This document shows, piece by piece, positions 48,416-60,168 of a stretch of 64,000 nucleotides of DNA. The notes below the pieces were generated by a model. The model made no database searches and was not told the origin of the DNA. It was given only the letters and a program-made list of their open reading frames with translations. The DNA is taken from the NCBI GenBank assembly GCA_965217895.1, contig CBDCJV010000002.1, positions 4,256,001-4,320,000 of the forward strand, read 5' to 3'. The position numbers and the translations under genes are program-made. Position 1 is the stretch's first letter, and each line of letters opens with the position of its first letter. Source of the DNA: Waterburya sp. (GTDB lineage: Bacteria; Cyanobacteriota; Cyanobacteriia; Cyanobacteriales; Xenococcaceae).

Positions 48416-49756
48416 TCAATTATTCACGGAGAGATTATTCGCATCTTTGCCAATTTTGATTGTCAGTTCTTGTGACTCAGATTTAGAATTAGGCTTTAAT
48501 CTACCAAAATCTAAAACATTTTTTACATAGTTTGCTGTTCTCAAGTGACTATGATTAACAATAATTTGAGTTTGCTTCAATTTTAGCGGTATATGTTCAA
48601 CCAGATAAACATTTTTGAAATTTTGTTGACGCAGATAATTAACGACTTTCATTCCCAATTCAGGACTATTGGTAGTATTTTGGACGGCAATAGTAAAATT
48701 TAAAACTGAACTTGGTAAGCTTTTTGTAGTGCTAGTAGCCGTAGTAAAAACAGATTGCGCCTTCAGAGATTCAGAGGTACTGGGTCGATTATCGGCTGCA
48801 ACAGCTTTCTCTGGGACATATTCTGGCAGAAGACTTGTAGTAATATTTTCTGGATCTAAATCCTTGACAAAATTAGCTATGGACATTAATTCTGGTAAAG
48901 ATAGATCGGTGTCTAATCTAGGCTTAATATTGGTAACTGTTGCCTGAAAACTAGCTAAGTAAGCAGGGATATTAAGCTGTTGGCGAATAGCTTTAAAAGT
49001 ATCCTCTTGTCTACTAATTTGCTCTGCTTTATTTGAACAGTAGGCAATTCTAGAATCACAATTGTTTAAAGTCAGTTTACCACTAGCTGCAAGCTGCTGA
49101 AATACTTCAGAGGTGGCACTTAAATAATGATTTAGATTAACTCCGTCTATTAACTGAGATAATACTTGAGATACCAAGGGGACACCCCCATATCGGTAAG
49201 CATCAGCAATTGTTCCCCAACCAAATCCAGGAATTTTTACTCGACTGTCGGTAGGAATATTTATTGCCTTTGCCAACCTATGATGAGGATTAAATTGCAG
49301 CACCATAATTGCTTTAGTTTTGCCGATGGAGGTAGGAGTATTAGAAAACTTGACCATGCTGTTTGTATCAGGTTCAACCTCAATTAACAGTAGGTCGATA
49401 GGGCGACTAAGAACAGCTTGATTTAAAGATTCTGTAGGGTTAGAATTGGCTTCAATTCTTTGGGCGATTGCTTCTTGCACTACATCAATTTTAGTTAAGG
49501 CAACCCCACATCCAGCCGAAAATACTGCGGTAAAACCTATAATTCCTCCCCAAAAAAGCCCGCGTTTAAAGTAAGACCACTGGGAATGCTTTTCCCAAAA
49601 CCATAAAGGTTGATGTAATGAACTAATTTGCCTTTTATTAATTGACCGATTTGTCAATTTGGCAAACTTAATTTTGCGATCGCTAGATTCAACTGTTGCC
49701 TCATCTTGAAAATACTTTAAGTTTCTAGCTTTGTTACGAGACGATTTATTATTCAT
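48416..49756 (-). CDS. LCP (LytR-CpsA-Psr) family protein with LytR C-terminal domain, divergent
   Basis: TM anchor, INIPTDSRVKIPG.G...I..AY..GG, IAVQN.T, ELTIKIGKD. Confidence 0.75.
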   Translation of the reverse strand: MNNKSSRNKARNLKYFQDEATVESSDRKIKFAKLTNRSINKRQISSLHQPLWFWEKHSQWSYFKRGLFWGGIIGFTAVFSAGCGVALTKIDVVQEAIAQRIEANSNPTESLNQAVLSRPIDLLLIEVEPDTNSMVKFSNTPTSIGKTKAIMVLQFNPHHRLAKAINIPTDSRVKIPGFGWGTIADAYRYGGVPLVSQVLSQLIDGVNLNHYLSATSEVFQQLAASGKLTLNNCDSRIAYCSNKAEQISRQEDTFKAIRQQLNIPAYLASFQATVTNIKPRLDTDLSLPELMSIANFVKDLDPENITTSLLPEYVPEKAVAADNRPSTSESLKAQSVFTTATSTTKSLPSSVLNFTIAVQNTTNSPELGMKVVNYLRQQNFKNVYLVEHIPLKLKQTQIIVNHSHLRTANYVKNVLDFGRLKPNSKSESQELTIKIGKDANNLSVNN

Positions 49757-50178
49757 ACACTATTGTATTTTGTAAATCATGAGTTTTTCACTAATTTTGA
49801 CCAACATATTATGTCTATTAAGCAAAATATCTCTTGAATTAAGACTATTCTTAAATTAAGAGCCAATAAGCAGCGCGTGAAAGGGAAGTAGCAAATTTCC
49901 CGCCAAAAATTTGAACCCTCTAGGGAAAAGCTGCTTTATTGTAAGACAAAGTAATCTCTAACTGTAGTTAACAGTAGTTATTTGTCTGCTAATGGCGATT
50001 TAATATTTACGCTTTTTGCGTTTAGACTACAGAGAAACGAGCTAAAACTTGGTAATATTGCAATTTTATATAGTACTACTTATTAAAACCAGTTGATTCA
50101 TCCATATAGCTCCATACAAAATCAAATTATTAAGACTGCCACCTATCGTCATGCCCAGCATTCTAAAGGAAAAAATTA

Positions 50179-51240
50179 ATGGAAACTAAATTAATCCCAA
50201 TTATTTTGGCTGGCGGTAAAGGAGAACGTTTTTGGCCAGTAAGTCGTCTCAAAAGACCAAAACAATTTTTGTGCCTTGATGGTGGTAATCGAAGTTTAAT
50301 GCAGGCTACGGCAGATCGCCTTTTAAATTTGGCAGGTGGTTGGGATAACCTGTGGGTTATTACCTCAGAAATTATTGCCGAGGGAGTTAAAAAACAGCTA
50401 CCCGATCTGCCAGAGTCAAATATTTTAATTGAACCCCAAGGTAAAGACACTGCCCCAGCAGTCGCTTGGGCAACTTTAGAAGTAGCAAAAAAACATGGTG
50501 AAGATGCTATTGTTGGTTTTTTCCCTGCGGATCACTGGATTAACGATCTTGCAGCCTTTGAGGAAACTCTAGACGCAGCAGCCCAGCAAGCTGCGTCCGA
50601 GCCTTCTATTGTCACCTTGGGCATTACCCCCAATCAGCCAGCTACAGGCTATGGATACATTGAACAGGGTATAGAAAAAGGTAAATTTAATAGCTTACCT
50701 GTCTATAAAGTAAGTCGCTTTACCGAAAAACCTGACAAAACTACTGCTCAATCCTTTATTGATACTGGTAAATATAGCTGGAACAGTGGCATATTTATCT
50801 TTAAAATAGGAGTTCTTTTAGAGGAGTTAAAGAAATATTCTCCTCATCTACTAGATTTGTTGTCCAAAAAAGGCAAAGATGCTTATGCTGAACTAGACAG
50901 AGAGAGCATCGACTATGCTCTGATGGAAAAAACCCAGTTAGCCTGTGTCTTACCTGCCAATTTTGGCTGGGACGATTTGGGAGACTGGAATGGCGTTGAA
51001 CGAATCCTCAAAGGAGATCGTGACAATGTAGAGTTGGGCAATCATATTGGCAAAGATACCCAAAATACTATTATCTACGCCAGTAATCGTGATGAGGTGA
51101 TTGTGACTATTGGTGTAAAAGACGTAGTGATTGTTCGCGATGGCAATGTTACCCTCGTTGTTGATAAAGACCATACTCAAGATATTAAGGAAGTAGTAGA
51201 GTCTTTAAAAGACTCACCTCATTACAAGCATCTTCTTTAA
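50179..51240 (+). CDS. manC: Mannose-1-phosphate guanylyltransferase
   Basis: ILAGGKGERFWP.SR..RPKQFL, FTEKPD, WNSGIF, SIDYALME, WDDLGDW. Confidence 0.92.
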   Translation: METKLIPIILAGGKGERFWPVSRLKRPKQFLCLDGGNRSLMQATADRLLNLAGGWDNLWVITSEIIAEGVKKQLPDLPESNILIEPQGKDTAPAVAWATLEVAKKHGEDAIVGFFPADHWINDLAAFEETLDAAAQQAASEPSIVTLGITPNQPATGYGYIEQGIEKGKFNSLPVYKVSRFTEKPDKTTAQSFIDTGKYSWNSGIFIFKIGVLLEELKKYSPHLLDLLSKKGKDAYAELDRESIDYALMEKTQLACVLPANFGWDDLGDWNGVERILKGDRDNVELGNHIGKDTQNTIIYASNRDEVIVTIGVKDVVIVRDGNVTLVVDKDHTQDIKEVVESLKDSPHYKHLL

Positions 51241-51273
51241 AATTAGCTTTTAGCCTTTAGCTTTAAATTACTT

Positions 51274-52059
51274 ATGTTAAATACAAGAAAGGCGAGAACA
51301 ATACTTTTAGCTCACTATGCCCATATGCTCGAATATCGGGCGGAAATATTTCTCTGGGCATTGTCTAATTCTCTGCCTATTATTCTGATGGGAGTTTGGA
51401 TAGAGGCTTCCCAAAGTGGTGATTTTAGCCTTAATCCAATAGATTTCGCCAGATACTTTTTTAGTGTTTTTATCGTGCGTCAGCTAACTACTATTTGGGT
51501 TATCTGGGAGTTTGAACAAGAAATTTTAGAAGGAAGACTGTCACTAAGATTATTACAGCCCATTGACCCTGTCTGGCATCATGTCGCCAGACACCTAGCG
51601 GAAAAAATGACTCGTGTGCCTCTAATAGTTATTTTCTGTGGCTTGTTTTTTGTACTTTATCCTGATGCAGCTTGGATTCCAGAGAGCAAAAATATATTAT
51701 TGGGGATGATTGCGATCGCCTTGGCATTTATTTTGCGATTTGCGATCCAGTATACTTTTGCCATGCTGGCTTTTTGGACAGAAAGGGCTAGTGCGATTCA
51801 GCAATTTTGGTTTTTGTTTTATACATTTCTCTCTGGAACGATTGCTCCATTGGAAGTCTTTCCCGAAAGGGTTCGACAAATAGTGGAATTGACTCCTTTT
51901 CCCTACATGATCCACTTTCCCGCAGCCCTACTAGTAGGTTTGCCCGTCAATTTTGGTAGAAGCATTTTAATTATGATCGCCTGGACAACAGTGTTTATTA
52001 TTGCTAACCGTTGGCTTTGGAACAAAGGCTTAAAGCAATACTCAGGTATGGGAGCTTAA
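51274..52059 (+). CDS. ABC-2 type transporter permease
   Basis: MLEYRAE...G.LS..LLQP.DP, LSG.IAPLEVFP; multiple transmembrane segments. Confidence 0.82.
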   Translation: MLNTRKARTILLAHYAHMLEYRAEIFLWALSNSLPIILMGVWIEASQSGDFSLNPIDFARYFFSVFIVRQLTTIWVIWEFEQEILEGRLSLRLLQPIDPVWHHVARHLAEKMTRVPLIVIFCGLFFVLYPDAAWIPESKNILLGMIAIALAFILRFAIQYTFAMLAFWTERASAIQQFWFLFYTFLSGTIAPLEVFPERVRQIVELTPFPYMIHFPAALLVGLPVNFGRSILIMIAWTTVFIIANRWLWNKGLKQYSGMGA

Positions 52060-52142
52060 TTAAGGGATGAACGATGAGGAACGATACAGATGGTAAATTC
52101 TTTCCTTCGCCCTCATCCTTCATAATTTATCCTTTGGTTTAC

Positions 52143-52457
52143 CTATGCTCTAGATTCAACGCTGGATATTTGAGAACTTGAACCTCTGACAGTTTTGCTA
52201 AATAGTTCTTCTTCCATAGGTACAAACTCAATTCTGTTTAACAAGGTAGTCACAAAAGCAAATAGCAGAAAAGGCAAAGACAGCACTAAAACAATTCCCA
52301 CCGTTGCCAAGGCATAAATTTGTCTAGTACTGCTCCATAATGCCAGGGTAGTAGCCAAGCTAATAAAGATTACAATCAACCAAATGATTATTTGACCATA
52401 AATATCACCAAATTTCAAAGTACAAATCATCTTATATTTGTGTAGCTCGTTATCCAT
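52143..52457 (-). CDS. Small hypothetical membrane protein
   Basis: CTLKFGDIYGQII.WLIVIF...PFLLFAFVTTLLN; two transmembrane segments. Confidence 0.7.
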   Translation of the reverse strand: MDNELHKYKMICTLKFGDIYGQIIIWLIVIFISLATTLALWSSTRQIYALATVGIVLVLSLPFLLFAFVTTLLNRIEFVPMEEELFSKTVRGSSSQISSVESRA

Positions 52458-52724
52458 TAAAATTCTCCTAAATAATTGTTCTGTAGAATGTCTAGATTAC
52501 TTAGATTATCGCGGAGCTTTCTCTAATTGATAGAATATTCAAACATTTTTCCAATGGTTGCAATATCTGTTTACAATTATTCCTAGTCAACTAAGTACAA
52601 ATGCTTAGTTGCAATCGTAAATGACATTAACTAAATCTGTGAAAAATTTTTATTTTTGGCAGTTCAGTTCAACCTTGTAATAGGCTAAATAAAGAAACCC
52701 AGCAGCAAAAAAGATTGTGACCTC

Positions 52725-53345
52725 ATGGCAGATAACTCTATTGTCGAAGACCGCGACTACACACTAATCATTGATAAAAGTGGCAGTATGTCGACTAACG
52801 ATCGTCCAGGGGGCAAAACCCGTTGGGAATCTGCCCAAGAATCCACTCTGGCGTTGGCTAAAGAGTGTGAAAAAATTGACCCCGATGGTATTACTGTTTA
52901 TTTATTCTCTAGTCGCTTTCGTCGTTATGACAACATCACGGCTGATAAAGTAAATAAAATCTACGCTGAAAATGATCCTATGGGTCGTACTGATTTAGCC
53001 AGTGTCTTGTTAGATGCGGTCAATAATTATTTTGACCGTAAAGCAGCAGGAGAAGCTAAGGCTAACGGAGAAACTTTTATAGTTATTACTGATGGTGAGC
53101 CTAATGATTATAAAGCAGTCATGCGCGTGATTATTGAAGCTTCCCGTCAAATCGATCGAGATGAAGAAATAGGTATTTCTTTGATCCAGGTAGGTAGCGA
53201 TCGCAAGGCAACTCAATTTCTGAAGGCTTTAGACGATCAATTAGAATCTGCGGGAGCTAAATTTGATATTGTCAATACCATTACCATGGATGATATGCAG
53301 GGGATTACTTTAGCAGAGGTATTGCTTAATGCAATTACAGGCTAA
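52725..53345 (+). CDS. vWA-domain protein
   Basis: IIDKSGSM MIDAS motif, VITDGEP. Confidence 0.88.
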   Translation: MADNSIVEDRDYTLIIDKSGSMSTNDRPGGKTRWESAQESTLALAKECEKIDPDGITVYLFSSRFRRYDNITADKVNKIYAENDPMGRTDLASVLLDAVNNYFDRKAAGEAKANGETFIVITDGEPNDYKAVMRVIIEASRQIDRDEEIGISLIQVGSDRKATQFLKALDDQLESAGAKFDIVNTITMDDMQGITLAEVLLNAITG

Positions 53346-53432
53346 TTTCAATGATCGATGATCGGTTCTGAAGCCTAAAGCTTTATTTCCAAAACCTAGC
53401 ACTAATGAGAGACAAAATATTAGGATGTAAGG

Positions 53433-54632
53433 GTGGTTCAATCTTATCCCTTACATTCATTAATCGAAGGTAGCTGGTTTAAGCTAATTTGTGGAGCTAG
53501 CTATCAGCATCTGCCCGCGGTTCGTAGTCTAGCTGTGGCATATAGTTTGGCTGGTGCTGACTGTATAGATGTTGCTGCCGATCCTGCCGTAATTGCTGCT
53601 GCTATCGAAGGAATTGAAGTAGCTCAAAAATTACAACAAAAGACTCAGTTATTAGTTGAGCAAAATAATTATGATAGTCAAGCATTTTCCCTAACACCTA
53701 ACCTTTACCCCATATCCCTTAATTCAAAGGGTCATAGTGCTAAGACATTGGTTACTTCCCCTTGGCTAATGGTAAGTATTAATGATGAAGAAGATCCTCA
53801 CTTCCGTAAAGCTGAGTTTGAGGCAACTCGCTGTCCCCAGGATTGCCCTCAACCTTGTGTACAATTATGTCCAGCCGAAGCAATAGATTTGAACAAAGGA
53901 GGGATCTTAGACAGCCTTTGTTATGGCTGTGGTCGTTGTCTGCCGATTTGTCCTCAGGAATTAATTACAGCTCGTTCTCATGTCTCAAATGTTAAATCCG
54001 TTGTATCTTGGGTTCGATCGCTGAAAATAGACGCAATTGAAATTCATACCCAGGTAGGGCATTATGAATATTTCAAGAGGGTCTGGACAGATCTGGCGCC
54101 GATAGTAGGGCAACTTAAACTGTTGGCAATTAGCTGCACCGATGCCCCTGATATTTTGAATTATCTGCGATCGCTCTATGAACTAATTGCTCCTTTACCC
54201 TGTCCTTTGATTTGGCAGACTGATGGACGTTCTATGAGTGGTGATATTGGCAAGGGAACTACCCATGCTGCGATCGCTTTTGCTCAAAAAGTCTTACAGG
54301 CAAAGCTGCCTGGCTATGTTCAACTAGCAGGAGGTACTAATAACTATACGGTGGATAAGCTAAGGCAGAATAAGCTGCTGAGGCAACAAAATTCTTCTCG
54401 GTTTAAATCGGTGGCTGGAGTGGCTTATGGCAGTTATGCCCGTACAATTCTCGCTCCAATATTGAACCAACTAGAAACAAACCAACTGCCAAATATTCAA
54501 CCAAACATAATTCAATCTAATTTAAATAATAATTCAATGAATCAGCTTAACTTAAAGCTTGAACAAAATAAAGATTTACTAGAACAAGCCGTAGCTAAAG
54601 CCAGCGGGTTAGTAAACCAAATTAAACATTGA
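53433..54632 (+). CDS. ldpA: Circadian input iron-sulfur protein LdpA
   Basis: WFKLICGASYQ, DPHFRKA, CP..CP.PC...CP / CYGCGRC..CP, QLAGGTN. Confidence 0.9.
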   Translation: MVQSYPLHSLIEGSWFKLICGASYQHLPAVRSLAVAYSLAGADCIDVAADPAVIAAAIEGIEVAQKLQQKTQLLVEQNNYDSQAFSLTPNLYPISLNSKGHSAKTLVTSPWLMVSINDEEDPHFRKAEFEATRCPQDCPQPCVQLCPAEAIDLNKGGILDSLCYGCGRCLPICPQELITARSHVSNVKSVVSWVRSLKIDAIEIHTQVGHYEYFKRVWTDLAPIVGQLKLLAISCTDAPDILNYLRSLYELIAPLPCPLIWQTDGRSMSGDIGKGTTHAAIAFAQKVLQAKLPGYVQLAGGTNNYTVDKLRQNKLLRQQNSSRFKSVAGVAYGSYARTILAPILNQLETNQLPNIQPNIIQSNLNNNSMNQLNLKLEQNKDLLEQAVAKASGLVNQIKH

Positions 54633-54794
54633 ACATTGAACATTAAACATTTAGTTCGTAGTTCGTCGTTTGTGACGCGACGTAAAGAGCTAGTCCTTTA
54701 GGGTAGTAAAAGAAAATTAAAAAATAGTTTTTAGCCTTCAACTTTTTATCGTTGTCAATAATCCAACCAAATATTAACCAAATATATTTTAAAT

Positions 54795-56549
54795 ATGCAG
54801 TCAGAAATAGCTTCCCATCGAATGCAGGTTACCGATAATTTAGACAAATTACTTACTATTTTTCCCGATTCAATTCGCTCTAAGTTGGACGAGCATCTTC
54901 AACAGGATAGCGATAGTTTAATTGAGGTAGTTTTAGATTTAGGTAGACTACCAGAAGCGCGTTTTCGCGATCGCGCAATCTATCTTCGTGATGAACCCGT
55001 AACTCCAGAAGAAATACAACACTGTATTGAACGAGTAGGAATGTTTAGTAGTGATAATCGTGCGGGCATAGAACGAACCTTACACCGTATTAGTGCCATT
55101 CGTAACCGTACGGGGGATATCATTGGTTTGACCTGTCGTATTGGGCGGGCAATTTTTGGCACAATTGTCATGATTCGCGACCTAGTAGAAACAGGACAGT
55201 CAATTTTACTGTTAGGTCGTCCTGGAGTGGGTAAAACAACTGCCCTGCGGGAAATTGCCAGGGTTTTAGCTGATGACCTAGGCAAAAGAGTCGTGATCAT
55301 CGATACTTCCAATGAAATTGCTGGAGATGGAGATGTGCCTCACCCTGCTATTGGTCGCGCCCGTCGGATGCAGGTTGCTCGTCCTGAACTACAGCATCAG
55401 GTAATGATTGAAGCAGTAGAAAACCATACCCCTGAAGTAATCGTCATCGACGAAATTGGTACAGAATTGGAGGCGTTAGCAGCCAGAACTATCGCCGAAA
55501 GAGGCGTACAGCTAGTGGGGACTGCCCATGGTAATACCGTCGAAAACCTAATTAAAAACCCGACTCTTTCTGATTTGGTGGGAGGAATCCAAAGCGTTAC
55601 CCTAGGAGACGATGAGGCACGCCGTAGAAGGACACAAAAGACGGTTTTAGAACGCAAAGCACCTCCTACCTTTGCGATCGCCATAGAAATGCTAGAAAGG
55701 CAACGTTGGGTAGTCCATGACGATGTTTCTGCTACTATTGATACTCTGCTACGAGGACACGAACCGCCAGCCCAGGTCAGAACCGTAGATGACAGCGGTG
55801 AAGTTACCATCATTCACGAAGAACCAGAAACGTCTTTTCAGCCTCTGCCTGCTAGAAACAGCAGCATAGTTACGCCACTATATCCTCAAGGATTAAGAGC
55901 GTCTGGCAAAATGACTCCTCTTGCTTTTGGTAATGGAAAAGCTAAACGAGACAATGCTGATTTTGAGGGGATGATAGAACGTTCTTGGCAAACCAAAGAA
56001 GCTAACAGTCAAAAAATTCGTACCCCTGGTCCCAATGGAGAAGACTGGCCCGTTTATATCTATGCCTATGGTGTTGGTCGCTCACAACTAGATCAGGTAA
56101 TTGAAGTGCTGGATTTGCCGATTATGCTGACCAAAGATTTAGGCGAAGCGGACGCGGTGGTGGCATTGCGATCGCAAATCAAACATCATTCTAAGCTGCG
56201 TAATATTGCCCAAGATCGCCATATTCCCATTTATACGGTCAAATCTAACACCATTCCTCAAGTTACCCGCATCTTCCGTCAGATTCTCAATTTAGATGAT
56301 CCTAATGTTCCTGAACCTACCGATCTAAGATTGTTTAGCAAAGCAGGCAGTGATGACGAAATTGAGGCGTTGGAAGAAGCAAGATTAGCCGTAGAACAAA
56401 TTGTAATTCCTCAAGGGCAACCTGTAGAATTATTACCGAGATCGGCAAAAGTGCGTAAAATGCAGCACGAACTGATAGAACACTACCGCTTACAGTCCGA
56501 TAGCTTTGGAGACGAACCAAACCGCCGTCTGAGAATATATCCTGCATAG
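54795..56549 (+). CDS. Ycf45-like AAA ATPase with R3H domain
   Basis: GRPGVGKTT, VIDEIG, GTAHG, C-terminal RKMQH. Confidence 0.88.
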   Translation: MQSEIASHRMQVTDNLDKLLTIFPDSIRSKLDEHLQQDSDSLIEVVLDLGRLPEARFRDRAIYLRDEPVTPEEIQHCIERVGMFSSDNRAGIERTLHRISAIRNRTGDIIGLTCRIGRAIFGTIVMIRDLVETGQSILLLGRPGVGKTTALREIARVLADDLGKRVVIIDTSNEIAGDGDVPHPAIGRARRMQVARPELQHQVMIEAVENHTPEVIVIDEIGTELEALAARTIAERGVQLVGTAHGNTVENLIKNPTLSDLVGGIQSVTLGDDEARRRRTQKTVLERKAPPTFAIAIEMLERQRWVVHDDVSATIDTLLRGHEPPAQVRTVDDSGEVTIIHEEPETSFQPLPARNSSIVTPLYPQGLRASGKMTPLAFGNGKAKRDNADFEGMIERSWQTKEANSQKIRTPGPNGEDWPVYIYAYGVGRSQLDQVIEVLDLPIMLTKDLGEADAVVALRSQIKHHSKLRNIAQDRHIPIYTVKSNTIPQVTRIFRQILNLDDPNVPEPTDLRLFSKAGSDDEIEALEEARLAVEQIVIPQGQPVELLPRSAKVRKMQHELIEHYRLQSDSFGDEPNRRLRIYPA

Positions 56550-56715
56550 GCAACATATACGTAAGGTGGGCTTGGCAAATCAATCTTTTTATATTGCAAT
56601 TGATTAAGTTAGTGGGCAAAGAGCATATCCTGAAATGTTTTTTGTCCAGCCTACGATAAAAGCGATCGCTCTACCGCCAAAGCCTCAATATTCCAACCTT
56701 GAAAGCCATTTAAAG

Positions 56716-56740
56716 TATAATCAATAGTGTAAATTACACT
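56716..56740 (+). promoter_or_regulatory. -10 box and operator palindrome of the TA operon
   Basis: TATAAT at 56716-56721, then AGTGTAA-A-TTACACT at 56726-56740. Confidence 0.65.
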
Positions 56741-56747
56741 GTCAATT

Positions 56748-56981
56748 ATGGCTACCAAAAGTATTAACATAACTATTGACGAAGAAATCTTAAGTCAATC
56801 AGACCGTCTTGTGAAAGAAAAAAAATATGCTAATAGAAGCAGATTTATCGAGGAAGCAATTACCTTACGGCTCAAACAATTAGACGCTGAATTTATTGGC
56901 GAACAAGCCAAGCTGCTAAACAAGGATGAAGCAGAGGAATGGTTTGAGGGAGAGTTAGAATCTTGGAAAGAAGAATATTAA
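56748..56981 (+). CDS. Ribbon-helix-helix antitoxin
   Basis: SINITIDEE...NRSRFIEEAI, acidic C-terminus; overlaps the toxin gene. Confidence 0.85.
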   Translation: MATKSINITIDEEILSQSDRLVKEKKYANRSRFIEEAITLRLKQLDAEFIGEQAKLLNKDEAEEWFEGELESWKEEY

Positions 56982-57298
56982 GAGGAGGTATCTACTGGGC
57001 AAATCTAGAGCCAACCGTTGGTACAGAACAGCAAGGAACACGCCCTGTACTAATAATTAGCATCGATTCTTTTAATCAGAATAGTCAAAGTGCAATCGCT
57101 TTTGCCATTACCAGTAAAAAACCAAAGGTTAGTTATCCTTTGATTTGTGAACTACCAGAACTTTTACCCAAGAAATCTTGGGTGAAAATTTCTCAAATAC
57201 GAACCTTGAGCATTCAAAGATTAGGCAAAAAAATTGCTCAACTAGAAGAAGAAGATCTAAGTAAAATATTGGCTGGCTTTAATCGTTTGTGCAGTTAA
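56963..57298 (+). CDS. PemK/MazF family toxin
   Basis: RGGIYWANLEPTVGTEQ.GTRPVLII...FN, SQIRTLS..RL. Confidence 0.9.
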   Translation: MERRILRGGIYWANLEPTVGTEQQGTRPVLIISIDSFNQNSQSAIAFAITSKKPKVSYPLICELPELLPKKSWVKISQIRTLSIQRLGKKIAQLEEEDLSKILAGFNRLCS

Positions 57299-57403
57299 CC
57301 ATATCTAAAGTTAATAACCAAAAAACTTTTAGCTTTGAATTTATTTTCAAAGATGGATAAAATTTGATAGCCTAAGCTAATAAGCTTTGGGAACGAATAG
57401 AGC

Positions 57404-58567
<1,164 letters not shown>

Positions 58568-58612
58568 ACCGCATCCAGCTTGAAACCAGGAGTTTTTAAG
58601 TTAACTGTTCGT

Positions 58613-58639
58613 AAGTAGCAAGTAGCAAGTAGCAAGTAG
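58613..58639 (+). repeat. STRR heptamer tract (AGTAGCA)
   Basis: About 3.5 tandem units; same unit as 29674-29705. Confidence 0.8.
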
Positions 58640-58665
58640 AAATTATATTCTGCTGTTTGACCAAC

Positions 58666-58810
58666 GGTCACAGCAGGCTTCGTCCGTTTAGGGCGGAGTA
58701 ATCTGTGACTAGCTTAATCTCCGATTCAAAAACTACGGTTTTCGTTTGACAGACGGGGTTTAGAACAAATTTGCGGTCATCAATGCCTGGTGAAATCCCA
58801 GGCATAAAAA
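58666..58810 (+). other. Structured non-coding element, possible IS200/IS605 (HEARO/omega-RNA-like) remnant
   Basis: GTCACAG...CTGTGAC enclosing CTTCGTCC-GTTTA-GGGCGGAG, then TGACTAGCTTAA...ACTACG; second hairpin ATGCCTGG/CCAGGCAT. Confidence 0.4.
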
Positions 58811-59059
58811 GCCTACTTTTAAGACGAAGAAATTTAAATAACATCATGGCGATATTGTCATAAATTTCAGATTGCAAGCCTTAAATTTAGTATCGTAAGT
58901 AGCAAAATAGTTAACAACCTGAAGCTAGTCTTAAGCTTATGACCCAGGTTTGAAATGTCTTTCTAATATAATTTAATAGCAGTCAATTTACCAATATTTT
59001 ATTTATTTGGTCATAATTTTAGAGAAAGCAGAGATATAGGCTTAGAAAGGTGAATAAAA

Positions 59060-60115
59060 ATGGAAAACAACGCAATCATTCCAGAATATAGTCTAGATAG
59101 AGATTGCCAAACGCTATCTAGGCACGTCTTACAGCAGTTCTCTGATTTTAGTACTCAAGCACAGGACGTTAGCGCGATCATGAATCGCATTGCTTTAGCA
59201 GCCAAATTAGTGACTCGTCGTTTGAGTCGGGCAGGCTTGATGGCTGGGGCGTTAGGACTTACTGGAGAAACCAATGTCCAGGGAGAATCAGTTAAAAAAA
59301 TGGACATTTATGCCAATGATGTCTTTATATCTGTGTTTAAGCAAAGCGGTTTAGTTTGTCGCTTGATATCAGAAGAGATGGAGAAACCTTATTACATACC
59401 TGAAAATTGTCCCCTAGGCAGATATACGCTTTTATACGATCCCATTGATGGTTCTTCCAATGTAGATATTAATTTAAATGTAGGTTCAATTTTTTCCCTA
59501 CGCCAACAAGAAGGGGAAGATCTTGACGGCACCGCCCAAGATTTGTTACAAAACAGCGATCGCCAAATAGGAGCAGGCTATGTTTTATATGGTCCTTCTA
59601 CCGTCCTGGTTTACACCATAGGCAAAGGAGTACATTCATTTATTCTCGATCCCAGCCTAGGAGAATTTATCTTAGCCGAAGAAAACATTACGATTCCTCA
59701 GCATGGTTCAGTTTACAGCGTTAATGAGGGAAACTACTGGCAGTGGGATGAATCAATCCGAGAATACATTCGCTATGTACACCGTCATGAAGGCTACACC
59801 TCTCGCTACAGTGGTGCATTGGTCGGAGATTTTCATCGAATCTTGCTTCAAGGAGGCGTATTTCTCTATCCAGGCACGGAGAAAGATCCTCAAGGAAAGC
59901 TAAGATTATTATATGAATCTGCACCGTTGGCTTTTTTGGCTGAACAAGCAGGAGCAAAAGCCAGCACTGGCATGGAACGAATTTTAAGTATAGTGCCAGA
60001 TAAGCTACATCAACGCACTCCTTTAGTGATTGGCAGCACCGAAGATGTAGAGCTAGTAGAGTCTTTTATCCAAGATTGGGCGCGTCGCGAATCAGAAGAA
60101 CAAGCCCTAGTTTAG
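59060..60115 (+). CDS. fbp: Fructose-1,6-bisphosphatase class 1
   Basis: [35 protein letters not shown]. Confidence 0.96.
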   Translation: MENNAIIPEYSLDRDCQTLSRHVLQQFSDFSTQAQDVSAIMNRIALAAKLVTRRLSRAGLMAGALGLTGETNVQGESVKKMDIYANDVFISVFKQSGLVCRLISEEMEKPYYIPENCPLGRYTLLYDPIDGSSNVDINLNVGSIFSLRQQEGEDLDGTAQDLLQNSDRQIGAGYVLYGPSTVLVYTIGKGVHSFILDPSLGEFILAEENITIPQHGSVYSVNEGNYWQWDESIREYIRYVHRHEGYTSRYSGALVGDFHRILLQGGVFLYPGTEKDPQGKLRLLYESAPLAFLAEQAGAKASTGMERILSIVPDKLHQRTPLVIGSTEDVELVESFIQDWARRESEEQALV

Positions 60116-60168
60116 TTATAAATTTACAAGTTTTAGTTGTGAAATATTAATAGGAGAATAGTTAACTT

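Noticed and set aside
58568..58900. Yfr1 or 6S RNA downstream of guaB, and the 69-aa minus-strand ORF 58668..58877
   Set aside because: No ACTCCTCACAC Yfr1 motif and no trxA; no resemblance to cyanobacterial 6S that I can recognise; the ORF has no protein-like features and overlaps the hairpins.
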